Made by a program: the position numbers and the translations under genes. The notes under the pieces were generated by a model. The model saw only the letters and a program-made list of their open reading frames with translations. It was not told where the DNA came from and made no database searches. 64,000 nt of DNA from Bacteroidales bacterium (lineage in GTDB: Bacteria > Bacteroidota > Bacteroidia > Bacteroidales > WCHB1-69). The DNA lies in contig JAKSMB010000001.1 in the NCBI GenBank assembly GCA_024400875.1, positions 156,916-220,915 on the forward strand. The letters are read 5' to 3'. This document shows, piece after piece, positions 1-9,810 of this stretch (positions are counted from its first letter, which is position 1; each line of letters starts with the position of its first letter).

Positions 1-1
1 C

Positions 2-61
2 TATTTCGTAAGAGTAAATACCGAAAACGGCATGGTAACGAAGAGAATCGTTAAACGCTAA
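2..61 (+). CDS. 3' end (last 19 codons) of an upstream T9SS-sorted surface protein, cut by the window edge
   Basis: Frame 2 reads YFVRVNTENGMVTKRIVKR*. The DNA is about 90% identical to the last 60 nt of the 491..7963 gene (..YFVRVYTENGMVTKRVVKR*), which is the terminal strand of a type A T9SS C-terminal domain. Confidence 0.7.
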   Translation, partial: YFVRVNTENGMVTKRIVKR

Positions 62-78
62 TCATACGCACACCCCGT

Positions 79-102
79 AGAGACGCGGTGTACCGCGTCT
101 CT
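79..102. repeat. GTAGAGACG-type palindrome, copy 1 of 4
   Basis: agagacgcgg-tgta-ccgcgtctct forms a 10-bp perfect stem. Related palindromes lie at 7973-8011, 23450-23477 and 43347-43372. Confidence 0.7.
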
Positions 103-119
103 GCAATCAAAATAATAAA

Positions 120-150
120 GGACGTTCCTGGCAACAGGGGCGTCCTTTTT
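120..150 (+). terminator. Rho-independent terminator
   Basis: ggacgttcctg-gcaa-caggggcgtcc forms an 11-bp stem with two G-U pairs that are only valid on the + strand. It is followed by TTTTT. Confidence 0.75.
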
Positions 151-394
151 GATTGTACGATTAGATGATTAGATGATTATAGGATTCATGTATATGGTTA
201 TCCAAAAAGGTTGATTCTACAAAAAAATGAAGAATGTGTAAAAAATGATATGAACAAGGGGTGAATATTTCGTGAAAAGAAAGGGAAAAAGGTGAAAGGA
301 AGGGTTAAAACTTTTATCCGCTTAGCATCATAAGAAAAAAGGGGTTTGTTGAAATGTAAGCATATCGTGTAGAAAAATGAAGGATGCAAAGTGT

Positions 395-402
395 TACCTT
401 TG
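395..402 (+). promoter_or_regulatory. Bacteroidota -7 promoter box TACCTTTG
   Basis: Matches TAnnTTTG about 90 nt upstream of the ATG at 491. Confidence 0.5.
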
Positions 403-490
403 CCAACATTGCGAAAAAGCGGATTGAAAGAAAAATTTTCAATAAACTTAATAACTAACAAATCTAAAACTAACAAATCGACTAACAATT

Positions 491-3400
491 ATGAAGAAGT
501 TCAGACTGAAAGGAACATGGCTATTGGTGCTATTGTTCACTTTCGCTTTCCATTTTGGAAAGGCACAAGCGGTTTGGGATGGTACGGCGGACATATCATG
601 GTACGTCGCATCGCAAACATCGTTTAACATTTCTACTCCCGAACAATTGGCGGGTGTTGCGCAGTTGGTAAACAACAACACTACGGATTTTTCGGGAGAT
701 ACTATTAATATTCAGGCCGATATTTGGCTGAATGCTAATGGTTCAACAACCAACAATTGGATTCCGATAGGTGGTAGTGCAACCGCTACCAGCGAAACGG
801 GTGGCAATCCAGCTTATTTCAGAGGCAATCTGAATGGTAATGGACATCTTATCTACAACCTCTATTGTGATAAGTGGAACTACTATCAGGCAGGCCTTAT
901 TGGTGCCATCAAGGCTCCATCTTCCCCTGCAACATCCACTGTTTGGGACTTGGGTCTTGTGAATCCTACCTTGCGTTCAAAAGGTATGATGGGTTCGCTC
1001 ATCGGCTTTGTGGGCAGCGGCGGTCAGGTACACGTTAATAATTGTATGGCCATTAACGTCAACATTACAGGTAATGGCTACAACAACATTGGTGGTTTGA
1101 TTGGTGCAACCTATTCAAACTCTTCTTCCGGTACTTACATCCAATCCTGTATGTGTACGGGGAATCTTACGGGTAACCATATTGGTGGTATTACGGGTAA
1201 TGGCCAATACACACACCACAACAACTGTTACTTCTCAGGTACTTTAACACCTACGAATGCGTATTATGGTGGTATTGGTGCCTATATTCCAACCAAGTCG
1301 GATCAATCCGACAACTACTCCAACTACTCCACTACGGGTAATACCTATGGTTATAGTGGTACCTATAACGACACCACCTATATGAAGTCTGTGGCATTTC
1401 TTACGGACCTCGGTTCTGCTTATAAGCAAGACTGTGCTCTCAACAATGGTTATCCAGTTGAAGATTGGACCACATGTGGCGTGCCTGTTCATGGCAACTT
1501 GAACATTTGCTACGGTGAGACCACCACTATTGAAGCCTATAGTTACGATAGTTATATTTGGAGTACGGGTGCTACAACAGCAGCCATCACTGTTAATCCA
1601 ACTACCACTACCGATTATTATGTAACGGCTACATCCTCAACGGGAACAGTGGTTACAGATACGATTACGGTAACTGTATTCCCACAGGCTGTGATTACCG
1701 TTGCTGCTATGCCTTCTGTTGACGGCGCAGTGCACGGAACGGTTCTCTCCAGCGCATCCACAATTCCTTGTGGAAGTTCGGATTTGGTAACCTTGACCAT
1801 CACACCGGATTCCAGTTGGCACATCTCTCAAATCGTGTTGAATGGAACCGTTGTACGCATGGATGATCCTACGGATGGTGACGTGGTTAGCTACACCATC
1901 GATCCACAGGGCACGCTTGCAGATGTGAAAGTATATTTCTCAAACAAGTATAACATCACCACCTCTTTGTATCTCACCGACGGTACTGTATTGAACAAAA
2001 CAGGGTTGGTTTCTCCGTGGGGAACCAACGGCGTTTATGAAGGTACTTCCGGTCAAACGGTAGTTTACACATTCCAAGGAACATCCCGTTATCATATCAC
2101 GGACGTTACCATCGATAATGTGTCACAGGGTGTAATCTATACTTATACCTTCAACGATTTGAACCAAACCCACAACATTGTGGTTATGTACGCCGACAGT
2201 TGCGGTATTTTCTCTTTACCGTATGTTGATAATTTTGACACGTATGCTACAGGTTCTGCAAACTATCCAGAGTGTTGGAGCAGAACATCTACATATAGTT
2301 CAACATATCCGTATGTTTCCACAACCAATTTCAGCAGTCCAAATGCCATGTATTTCTACTGCTCCAGCTCCAGCTATACAATCGCTGCTGCTCCTATGGT
2401 TATGGATCTTGCTACAACTCCGATTTCCAGCTTGATGGTGAAATACAAATCACGCGTAAGCAACGTAAATGATTATTTTGTTGTTGGTGTGATGACCGAT
2501 CCTACCAATGGTTCATCTTTCCAACCTATCAAGAGTTTCACCGAAGCGCAAACGGGTACTTGGTATGAACATACCGCTTACTTGTCCAGCTATCAAGGTC
2601 AGGGTGCTTACATTGCATTCAAGTTTATGGGTACAGCTTCATCATCTGGCTACTTGGATGATGTGGAAATCTCCTTGGCACCTTCCTGTTCTCCTGTTGA
2701 AAATCTGCAGGTTAATAATGTATATGGTGCAAATGCAACCCTTACCTGGGAACCTAATGCCGTAGGTGCTACGATGGATTATACCATTGTTGTTACCGAC
2801 AGCAATACAATGAACACCAACACCTTAACCACTACCGATACCACCTATCTGTTGGTAGGTTTGAATGAGTTGACACATTACGGTGTTTCTGTACGTGCTA
2901 ACTGTGGTACAGACGACGTTAGCGAAGTAGAAGTTGTTGATTTCAACACGCCTTGTTATGCTCCAATTTCTGTAATCAACAACAGTTATCCAACCTCTTC
3001 TTATACAACCGAGGGTAACCACTTCCCAATGTCAAATCACTATGAGAACTCCTTTACCGAGCAAATCTATTTCCCAAGTGAATTGGGCAATACCGCTGGT
3101 GAATTCAGCAGTCTCTCTTTCCAATACAACGAGTCAGCTGTCATTACCCGTACATTGGACATTTACATGGCACATACCAACGACTCTGTGTTTGTACAAG
3201 ACGTATGGGCAACACCAATAGATGGCTATGTACATGTTTACTCAGGTCCTGTATCCTTCAATAGAGATGGTGCAAATCGTTGGGTGGACATCACCTTGGA
3301 TACGAATTTCGTTTACAATGGTACCAGCAATCTCTTGTTGGTGGTTAATGACGTAACAGGAACGATGGTTAACAATAGCACCTCCAAGTTCTATACTTTT

Positions 3401-6400
3401 GAAACCGGTTCCAATCGTTCTCAATGTGAGTACAATCATACTGTAGGTCAAAACTGGACAATCAACAACCTTCCAACAACGGGTAGATTGCACACTCAAA
3501 TCAACAACATCAAGTTGTCGGCTTGCGAAAATGTTACCTGTGTATCTCCAAATACGGTGATTGCTCGCAACATCACATCTGATGAAGCTACGATCAGCTG
3601 GGTTAATCCAAATACATCATCCGAATGCGAAATCGAATATAAGGCTGATACAGAAAACAGTTGGACTTCCATCGGTTCTATCACAGCCTCTCCTTATACG
3701 CTCACTGGTTTGAGTGCAAGCACCAACTATGTAGTTCGCGTACGTGCTAATTGTGGTGACGGCGATTACAGCTACTGGTCTGATGAAGTTGGTTTCCATA
3801 CCGAATGTGGTCCGATCACGCAATTGCCTTATTCTACCAACTTCGACACGGATAGCTACGGCACCGGCGAGGCTGCTTACGTATATTGCTGGGATCGTTA
3901 TGCATCCAATGACCTCCACCCAGTTTATGCTTATAATAATGCTGTTTCACATTCTCAACCATACTGTTTGGACTTCCACTACACGGTAGGTTGTTTCAAC
4001 ATTGCTATCACCCCACGTTTGGGCGACGATATCAATATGAATGAATTGATTGCTAAGTTCTATTTCCAACGTTCTGGTGAGTCTGCTGTAATGGAAATCG
4101 GTGTAATGACCGACAAAGACGATCCAACGACCTTCACCGTTTTGGATACGTTGGCTCCTCAGAGTCTGAATACTTGGGAATTTGTTGAATATCCATTGAA
4201 CGCTTATACGGGAAATGGCAAATATTTGGCATTCAAAACTTCTCAAGGTATGTTCTGCGGTTACCGATTGGACGACTTTACCTTGGATTACATTCCAACA
4301 TGTGACCATCCAACCAATCTGACCCATGGTGATATCACCTATCATTCTATCGATGTTAGCTGGACGGAAGTTGGTACAGCAACGGCTTGGAATGTGGAAT
4401 ATGGTCCTGTTGGTTTTGTTAGAGGCAACGGTACTGTAGAAGTGGCTGATTCTACCAGCTACACCATCATGGATGTACAACCTTCTATGTCTTATGACAT
4501 TTACGTTCAAGCAGACTGTGGTGATGCTCAAAGCGAATGGATTGGACCGATTACCGTGTCAACGCCATGTGTGGACATCATCCCTCCTTATGCTGAAGAT
4601 TTTGACGCTTACACAGCTGGCACGGGTGTGTTCCCAACCTGTTGGCATTCCGACAATGCAAGTTATCCATCCGTATCAAACACTACGCATGCCAGTGGTT
4701 CAAATGCTCTGTTCTTCTATCTTCTCTCATCTCCTTATATGGCTATGCCGAAGATTGCTATGGAGAACGAAAATGGTGATACCATTCGTTTGCAAGACTT
4801 GATGCTTCGATTCAAGGCAAACCGTGTAAACAGCACCAACACTATTCAAGTGGGTGTGATGACGGATCCTTCCAACTCAAGCACTTTCGAATTGATACAA
4901 ACTATTGCTCCAACAACGAATGATACTTTTGAAGATTTCGAAGTATTCTTCAACAACTATCAAGGTGAAGGCCGTTACATCGCTTTCCACAATGCATTCT
5001 TTACTCAGATGTACATCGACGACGTTGAGTTGATATATGTTCCTACCTGTGCACAAGTAAACAGCTTGCAAGTTCGTGATGTGGTTGCAACCTCTGCTAT
5101 GGTATCCTGGCAACCAGGTACTATTGGTACACCTTCCAGCTATGTACTGGAATATGCTGTAAGCGGTTCCGACAACTGGCAAACCGTTTCCAACATCTTT
5201 GAGAACAGTTACCTCCTCTCTGGTCTTACCCCTGGTACCGACTATGACCTCCGCGTAAAAGCAGATTGTGACTTGGACGGTCAAAGCGAATGGAGAACAA
5301 AGACATTCTCTACTCTTTATATTGATGCTGATTCCTGTGTGGCTCCTAACCTCTTTGTGGATGCCGTTACCAACCAAAGCGCAACATTGGTTTGGGCTAA
5401 TGGTAACCAAGAAACCTCATGGGTTATGGAATACAAGACAGAGTTGGATTCTGTATGGACGAACGTTGCCAACTTAGGCAACCACACGGTTACAATTAGT
5501 GGCCTTTCTTCCAATATGGTTTATAATGTACGCATGAGTTCCGTATGTGATTCTGCTACCAGCAGTGCATGGGTTGTACGCAGTTTCAGAACCGATTGCG
5601 ATGCTATTGCACAAATCCCTTACGCTATCAACTTCGACAATCCGAACGACGTTTATGGCTCTGGTGAGCAGGCATACGTATATTGCTGGGATTCTTACGT
5701 ATCTTCTAACTCCGTTCCAGTATATGTTTACAATACGACGGCAGCACATAGCGGTAGCAGCTGCTTGAGATTCAATGACGCTGCTTCTGCTTACAGTATT
5801 GCTATTCTTCCAGAATTGGATGCTTCTATCAATATGAGTAACCTGATGGTTTCCTTCTATCTTAGAAAAACACAAGCCACAGCTACTGCTATCTTTGAAA
5901 TCGGTGTGATGACCGACAAGAGCGATCCTACTACATTTGCTGTATTGGATACCATTTCAGTAAACGACTGGACAGCTATTGATTATGCATTGAGCAACTA
6001 TTCGGGTACGGGCCGCTACATCGCATTCCGCGTTAGCAACGGCAACGGCGTCTCCACTATGCGTTTGGATGACCTGGTATTGGATTACATTCCTACCTGT
6101 CCACGTCCATCCAGCAACCTTACAATTACCAATATTACTGCAAACTCTGCTCAAATCGGTTGGGTGGAATTGGGTAGCGCTTCCGAATGGGAGATCGATT
6201 ATGGTCCTGTAGGTCATTTGGCTGGTACGGGCACTATCGTAACCGCAAATACCAATCCGTTCACCATCACAGGTTTGAACTCTAATACCGAATACCACGT
6301 ATTTGTTCGCTCCATCTGTAGTGCAAACGAAACCAGTTCTTGGACAGATTTCACCTTGTTTACCACCGATTGTGGTACAATCAGCGTTCTGCCTTATACC

Positions 6401-7963
6401 CAAGACTTTGAAGGTACACCTGTTCAAATCAACAATAGCAACTACGTTGCTTGTTGGGATCGTTTGGAAACCAGCTCTGCTCACTATGCTTACATCAACT
6501 CAGGTTCTTCTTTGGCACATGGTGGTACCAAGTTCTTGGATTTCCACTATACACCAAACTGCTATGCATTGGCTTCCATGCCAGAATTGGATGCAAGCAT
6601 CAGTTTGAATGCATTAACAGTTAGCTTCTACTTGCGTAGAGCCAATACAGCTTCTGCTGTGTTTGAATTGGGTGTAATGACCGATAAAGATGATATTAAC
6701 ACCTTCACTCCGCTGGATACATTCCCAATGCCTACTTTGAACACCTACGAATTGGTATCTTATAACTTCGCTTCCTATACGGGAACTGGTAAATACATCG
6801 CCTTCAAGGTTAGCAACGGTGTTGGCGGTGGCTTCTACTTGGATGACCTTGTATTGGATTATACCGTAGTATGCGATGCTCCTACAAATGCTCACGTTAA
6901 CAACGTTACGACCAATAGCGCTTCTGTTGTTTGGACAGAAGTTGGTACGGCTACCGAATGGCAATTGGATTACGCTGCCGGCAACCATGCCCCAGGTACG
7001 GGTACTGTTGTTACCGTTTATGCTGATAGCGTTGAATTGAGCGACCTCACTCCAGATACTCAATATCAGGTTTATGTACGCTCTATGTGTAGCACTATCG
7101 ACCATAGCGAATGGTCTGCTGCCGTAAACTTCACAACCAATGCACTTGCTCCTTGCGATGCTCCTGTAAATGTAACCGTTTCCAATATCGACCAAACTTT
7201 GGCAACGATATCTTGGACTCCTGGCGGTGATGAAACCACATGGAACTTGCAATACAAGAACACTACTGCTTTGGATTGGACCAATGTTACGGTAAGTGGC
7301 ACACCTTCTCATAATCTTTCAGGTTTGACCTTGAATACCCTGTATTTCGTACGCGTTCAAACCGATTGCGGCGCTGGAAGCACTTCCGACTGGACACTTC
7401 CTATTAGCTTCACCACCTTGGATGAAGTTGTAGAAACCTGCCCTGCTCCAACCAACCTTACAGCAACTGAAGTTCACAATGAAGATGTTGTTCTGACTTG
7501 GGAACAGGAAGCTAATACGGCTACTGCATGGGATGTAAACTATAGAGAACAAGGTACTGACACTTGGAATACAGTTGTTGCTACCGCCGTTCCATTTACG
7601 TTGACCGACCTTTCTGGATTAACTACTTATGAAATCCAAGTGGTTGCTCATTGTACCAATGGTTTGACATCCGATCCATCTGCTACAATCTTGGTTACTA
7701 CAACCAATGTTGGCGTAAACGACTACGACATGAACAGCGTGAACGTATATCCTAACCCAACCTCTGGTCAACTGACGATTGACAATTCAGAAATGATGAT
7801 CAACAGAGTAGAGGTATACGATGTTTACGGCAAACTGCTGAACATGGTGGAAGTAAACGATGCACAAGTAACGATGAACATCGCCAACTATGCAGCCGGT
7901 ACATATTTCGTAAGAGTATACACCGAAAACGGCATGGTAACGAAGAGAGTCGTTAAACGATAA
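491..7963 (+). CDS. Giant T9SS-sorted surface protein (2490 aa): GLUG-like repeats, five cleaved-adhesin/choice-of-anchor-J-like modules, many FN3-like domains, type A T9SS CTD
   Basis: Signal peptide MKKFRLKGTWLLVLLFTFAFHFGKAQA. N-terminal GGLIG/GSLIG repeats. Five modules of the form C..LPY..(N/D)FD...CW....GVMTD....Y(I/L)AF(K/R)....(L/I)DD(V/F/L). FN3-like units (W.....A..W.(V/L/I)(E/D)Y, Y.(V/F)(Y/R)V(R/Q)(A/S).C). C-terminal YPNPTSGQLTI...VYDVYGKLL...AGTYFVRV. Confidence 0.9.
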   Translation: MKKFRLKGTWLLVLLFTFAFHFGKAQAVWDGTADISWYVASQTSFNISTPEQLAGVAQLVNNNTTDFSGDTINIQADIWLNANGSTTNNWIPIGGSATATSETGGNPAYFRGNLNGNGHLIYNLYCDKWNYYQAGLIGAIKAPSSPATSTVWDLGLVNPTLRSKGMMGSLIGFVGSGGQVHVNNCMAINVNITGNGYNNIGGLIGATYSNSSSGTYIQSCMCTGNLTGNHIGGITGNGQYTHHNNCYFSGTLTPTNAYYGGIGAYIPTKSDQSDNYSNYSTTGNTYGYSGTYNDTTYMKSVAFLTDLGSAYKQDCALNNGYPVEDWTTCGVPVHGNLNICYGETTTIEAYSYDSYIWSTGATTAAITVNPTTTTDYYVTATSSTGTVVTDTITVTVFPQAVITVAAMPSVDGAVHGTVLSSASTIPCGSSDLVTLTITPDSSWHISQIVLNGTVVRMDDPTDGDVVSYTIDPQGTLADVKVYFSNKYNITTSLYLTDGTVLNKTGLVSPWGTNGVYEGTSGQTVVYTFQGTSRYHITDVTIDNVSQGVIYTYTFNDLNQTHNIVVMYADSCGIFSLPYVDNFDTYATGSANYPECWSRTSTYSSTYPYVSTTNFSSPNAMYFYCSSSSYTIAAAPMVMDLATTPISSLMVKYKSRVSNVNDYFVVGVMTDPTNGSSFQPIKSFTEAQTGTWYEHTAYLSSYQGQGAYIAFKFMGTASSSGYLDDVEISLAPSCSPVENLQVNNVYGANATLTWEPNAVGATMDYTIVVTDSNTMNTNTLTTTDTTYLLVGLNELTHYGVSVRANCGTDDVSEVEVVDFNTPCYAPISVINNSYPTSSYTTEGNHFPMSNHYENSFTEQIYFPSELGNTAGEFSSLSFQYNESAVITRTLDIYMAHTNDSVFVQDVWATPIDGYVHVYSGPVSFNRDGANRWVDITLDTNFVYNGTSNLLLVVNDVTGTMVNNSTSKFYTFETGSNRSQCEYNHTVGQNWTINNLPTTGRLHTQINNIKLSACENVTCVSPNTVIARNITSDEATISWVNPNTSSECEIEYKADTENSWTSIGSITASPYTLTGLSASTNYVVRVRANCGDGDYSYWSDEVGFHTECGPITQLPYSTNFDTDSYGTGEAAYVYCWDRYASNDLHPVYAYNNAVSHSQPYCLDFHYTVGCFNIAITPRLGDDINMNELIAKFYFQRSGESAVMEIGVMTDKDDPTTFTVLDTLAPQSLNTWEFVEYPLNAYTGNGKYLAFKTSQGMFCGYRLDDFTLDYIPTCDHPTNLTHGDITYHSIDVSWTEVGTATAWNVEYGPVGFVRGNGTVEVADSTSYTIMDVQPSMSYDIYVQADCGDAQSEWIGPITVSTPCVDIIPPYAEDFDAYTAGTGVFPTCWHSDNASYPSVSNTTHASGSNALFFYLLSSPYMAMPKIAMENENGDTIRLQDLMLRFKANRVNSTNTIQVGVMTDPSNSSTFELIQTIAPTTNDTFEDFEVFFNNYQGEGRYIAFHNAFFTQMYIDDVELIYVPTCAQVNSLQVRDVVATSAMVSWQPGTIGTPSSYVLEYAVSGSDNWQTVSNIFENSYLLSGLTPGTDYDLRVKADCDLDGQSEWRTKTFSTLYIDADSCVAPNLFVDAVTNQSATLVWANGNQETSWVMEYKTELDSVWTNVANLGNHTVTISGLSSNMVYNVRMSSVCDSATSSAWVVRSFRTDCDAIAQIPYAINFDNPNDVYGSGEQAYVYCWDSYVSSNSVPVYVYNTTAAHSGSSCLRFNDAASAYSIAILPELDASINMSNLMVSFYLRKTQATATAIFEIGVMTDKSDPTTFAVLDTISVNDWTAIDYALSNYSGTGRYIAFRVSNGNGVSTMRLDDLVLDYIPTCPRPSSNLTITNITANSAQIGWVELGSASEWEIDYGPVGHLAGTGTIVTANTNPFTITGLNSNTEYHVFVRSICSANETSSWTDFTLFTTDCGTISVLPYTQDFEGTPVQINNSNYVACWDRLETSSAHYAYINSGSSLAHGGTKFLDFHYTPNCYALASMPELDASISLNALTVSFYLRRANTASAVFELGVMTDKDDINTFTPLDTFPMPTLNTYELVSYNFASYTGTGKYIAFKVSNGVGGGFYLDDLVLDYTVVCDAPTNAHVNNVTTNSASVVWTEVGTATEWQLDYAAGNHAPGTGTVVTVYADSVELSDLTPDTQYQVYVRSMCSTIDHSEWSAAVNFTTNALAPCDAPVNVTVSNIDQTLATISWTPGGDETTWNLQYKNTTALDWTNVTVSGTPSHNLSGLTLNTLYFVRVQTDCGAGSTSDWTLPISFTTLDEVVETCPAPTNLTATEVHNEDVVLTWEQEANTATAWDVNYREQGTDTWNTVVATAVPFTLTDLSGLTTYEIQVVAHCTNGLTSDPSATILVTTTNVGVNDYDMNSVNVYPNPTSGQLTIDNSEMMINRVEVYDVYGKLLNMVEVNDAQVTMNIANYAAGTYFVRVYTENGMVTKRVVKR

Positions 7964-7972
7964 ATAAAACCA

Positions 7973-8011
7973 TTGGTGTGTAGAGACGTGGTGTACCGCG
8001 TCTCCACCAAA
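7973..8011. repeat. GTAGAGACG-type palindrome, copy 2
   Basis: ttggtg..gagacgtg-gtgtac-cgcgtctc-caccaa. It is homologous to 79-102. Confidence 0.65.
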
Positions 8012-8018
8012 TAACAAA

Positions 8019-8051
8019 GGTCCGTTCCTGGTTTCAGGGGCGGACCTTTTT
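8019..8051 (+). terminator. Rho-independent terminator of the 2490-aa gene
   Basis: ggtccgttcctg-gttt-caggggcggacc followed by TTTTT. It has the same architecture as 120-150, with compensatory stem changes. Confidence 0.75.
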
Positions 8052-8130
8052 GATTAGAGGATGGAAGGATTAAAGGATTGAAGGATGTGTAAAGGCTAAA
8101 GGCAAAAAGCTAATGGCCAACGGCTAACAG
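8052..8130. repeat. Low-complexity purine-rich word-repeat patch
   Basis: gattagaggatggaaggattaaaggattgaaggatgtgtaaaggctaaaggcaaaaagctaatggccaacggctaacag. It shares words (aaaggctaaagg, gctaatggccaa) with the patches at 30027-30140 (reverse complement) and 54987-55054. Confidence 0.7.
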
Positions 8131-9804
8131 CTATTCACTATAATGTCTGCCAATCAGTCGGTAGGTGCGGATGCCGCCGTTGAGGTTGTACACCTCTTCA
8201 AAGCCCGACTGCATCAGGATGCGGGCGGCTACGTAACCGCGAAGTCCGTATTCGCAGAAGACGATGGTTTTTTTGTCGGCGGGAATATCTTCCAGCATTT
8301 CACGAATTTCGTCTAAGGGGTAGTTCTCAGCGCCTTCGATGGTGCCGGCTTGGAATTCGTGAATATCACGAATGTCGATGATGTTGATATCATCCGGATT
8401 GTCGATAAGCGCATCCAGTTCATCGCTGTTGATGGGGTTCACCAGGTGTGCGAAGACATCTTCGGCCACCATGCCGGCGTATTGTACTGGACTCTTTGCC
8501 GAGTTGTATGGTGGAGCGTAGGCGTGTTCGCTGTGCACGAGGTCGAAGATGGTGCCTTGATGCTTGATGAGCATGGCGATGGTGTCGATCTGCTTGTCAA
8601 CGCCGGTGGTTCCAACGGCCTGTGCGCCCCAAATGCGGCCCGTTTCGGGGCAGAAGTTGAGTTGGAGGTCTATGGGGTCGCCGCCAGGGAAATAGCTTGC
8701 GTGTGCCGCTGGATGGATGATCACGGTCTGATAGTCGATGCCGGCCTTCTGAAGGGCTTGCTCGGATAATCCGGTGCTGGCGGCCGTGAGGTCGAAAATC
8801 TTGGCTACGGCAGTGGCGATGGATCCTTGATAGGACATGCTTTCGGGGTATGCCATGTTGGTGGCTGCGATGCGCGCCTGCTGGTTGGCGGGGCCTGCCA
8901 AGAAGTTGCAATAGGGTTGCCCCGTGATGGGGTGTGGGTATTCGATGGTATCGCCTACGGCGAAAATGCACTCGTCGGAGGTCTGCATGTATTCGTTGAC
9001 TACAATGCCGTTGGCTTCCCCAATGGTCAGCCCACATTCGGCTGCTAACCGTGTGTTGGGTTTTACGCCAATGCTCAGCAGTGCCATGTCACAATTCAGC
9101 AGCGTGTTGTCTTCCAGTACGACACCCAGTTGGCCGTTGTTGTCTTGAAAGGCAGCGAGTCCGTTGCGGGTGATAACATCCACCCCCATGTTGCGGAGAT
9201 GCTGCTCTACGATGGCAGCCATGGACTTGTCGAGAGGTGTCAATAGATGGTCGGCTTTCTCCACGACGGTAATCTTATACCCGATTTTGTGCAGGTTTTC
9301 CGCCATCTCCAGTCCGATGAATCCGCCCCCGATGATAACGGCCGAGGCGTTTTCGGTCATCTTGTCCACCGCTTCCATCTTGATGCGGTCGCAGTCGTTG
9401 ACATTTCTCAGGGTGAAGATGTTGGGGAGGTCGATGCCGGGAACGTTGGGGATGATGGGTTCGGCGCCAGGAGAGAGTAGGAGCATGTCGTAGGCTTCTT
9501 CAAACTCTTTTCCGTTGCGAAGGTTTTTCACCGTTACGGTCTTTTTATCTCTGTTGATAGCCGTTACCTCGTTCAGGGTGCATACGTCCACATAGTATCG
9601 GTTGCCGAAAGAGGTTGGAGTTTGAACAAAGAGGTTGTTCCGATTGGTGATGGTGTTGCCGAGATAGTAGGGCAGTCCGCAGTTGGCGTAGGAGATGTAT
9701 TCTCCTTTTTCAAAGATAACGATTTCTGCATCTTCGTTGATGCGTTTTATGCGAGCTGCTGCGGATGCGCCGCCAGCCACGCCACCTATGATTACGTATT
9801 TCAT
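8131..9804 (-). CDS. CoA-disulfide reductase / NADH oxidase family flavoprotein fused to a C-terminal rhodanese domain
   Basis: N-terminal FAD fold MKYVIIGGVAGGASAA. Redox Cys in SYANCGLPYY. Second dinucleotide fold AVIIGGGFIGLE. C-terminal rhodanese with an FCEYGLRG active-site loop. Confidence 0.85.
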   Translation of the reverse strand: MKYVIIGGVAGGASAAARIKRINEDAEIVIFEKGEYISYANCGLPYYLGNTITNRNNLFVQTPTSFGNRYYVDVCTLNEVTAINRDKKTVTVKNLRNGKEFEEAYDMLLLSPGAEPIIPNVPGIDLPNIFTLRNVNDCDRIKMEAVDKMTENASAVIIGGGFIGLEMAENLHKIGYKITVVEKADHLLTPLDKSMAAIVEQHLRNMGVDVITRNGLAAFQDNNGQLGVVLEDNTLLNCDMALLSIGVKPNTRLAAECGLTIGEANGIVVNEYMQTSDECIFAVGDTIEYPHPITGQPYCNFLAGPANQQARIAATNMAYPESMSYQGSIATAVAKIFDLTAASTGLSEQALQKAGIDYQTVIIHPAAHASYFPGGDPIDLQLNFCPETGRIWGAQAVGTTGVDKQIDTIAMLIKHQGTIFDLVHSEHAYAPPYNSAKSPVQYAGMVAEDVFAHLVNPINSDELDALIDNPDDINIIDIRDIHEFQAGTIEGAENYPLDEIREMLEDIPADKKTIVFCEYGLRGYVAARILMQSGFEEVYNLNGGIRTYRLIGRHYSE

Positions 9805-9810
9805 TATTCT

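Noticed and set aside
198-681. ORFs 198..488(-), 391..627(+) and 448..681(-) upstream of, or overlapping, the start of the 2490-aa gene.
   Set aside because: They are low-complexity translations of the purine-rich spacer and leader. They overlap the predicted promoter and signal-peptide region and have no motifs.
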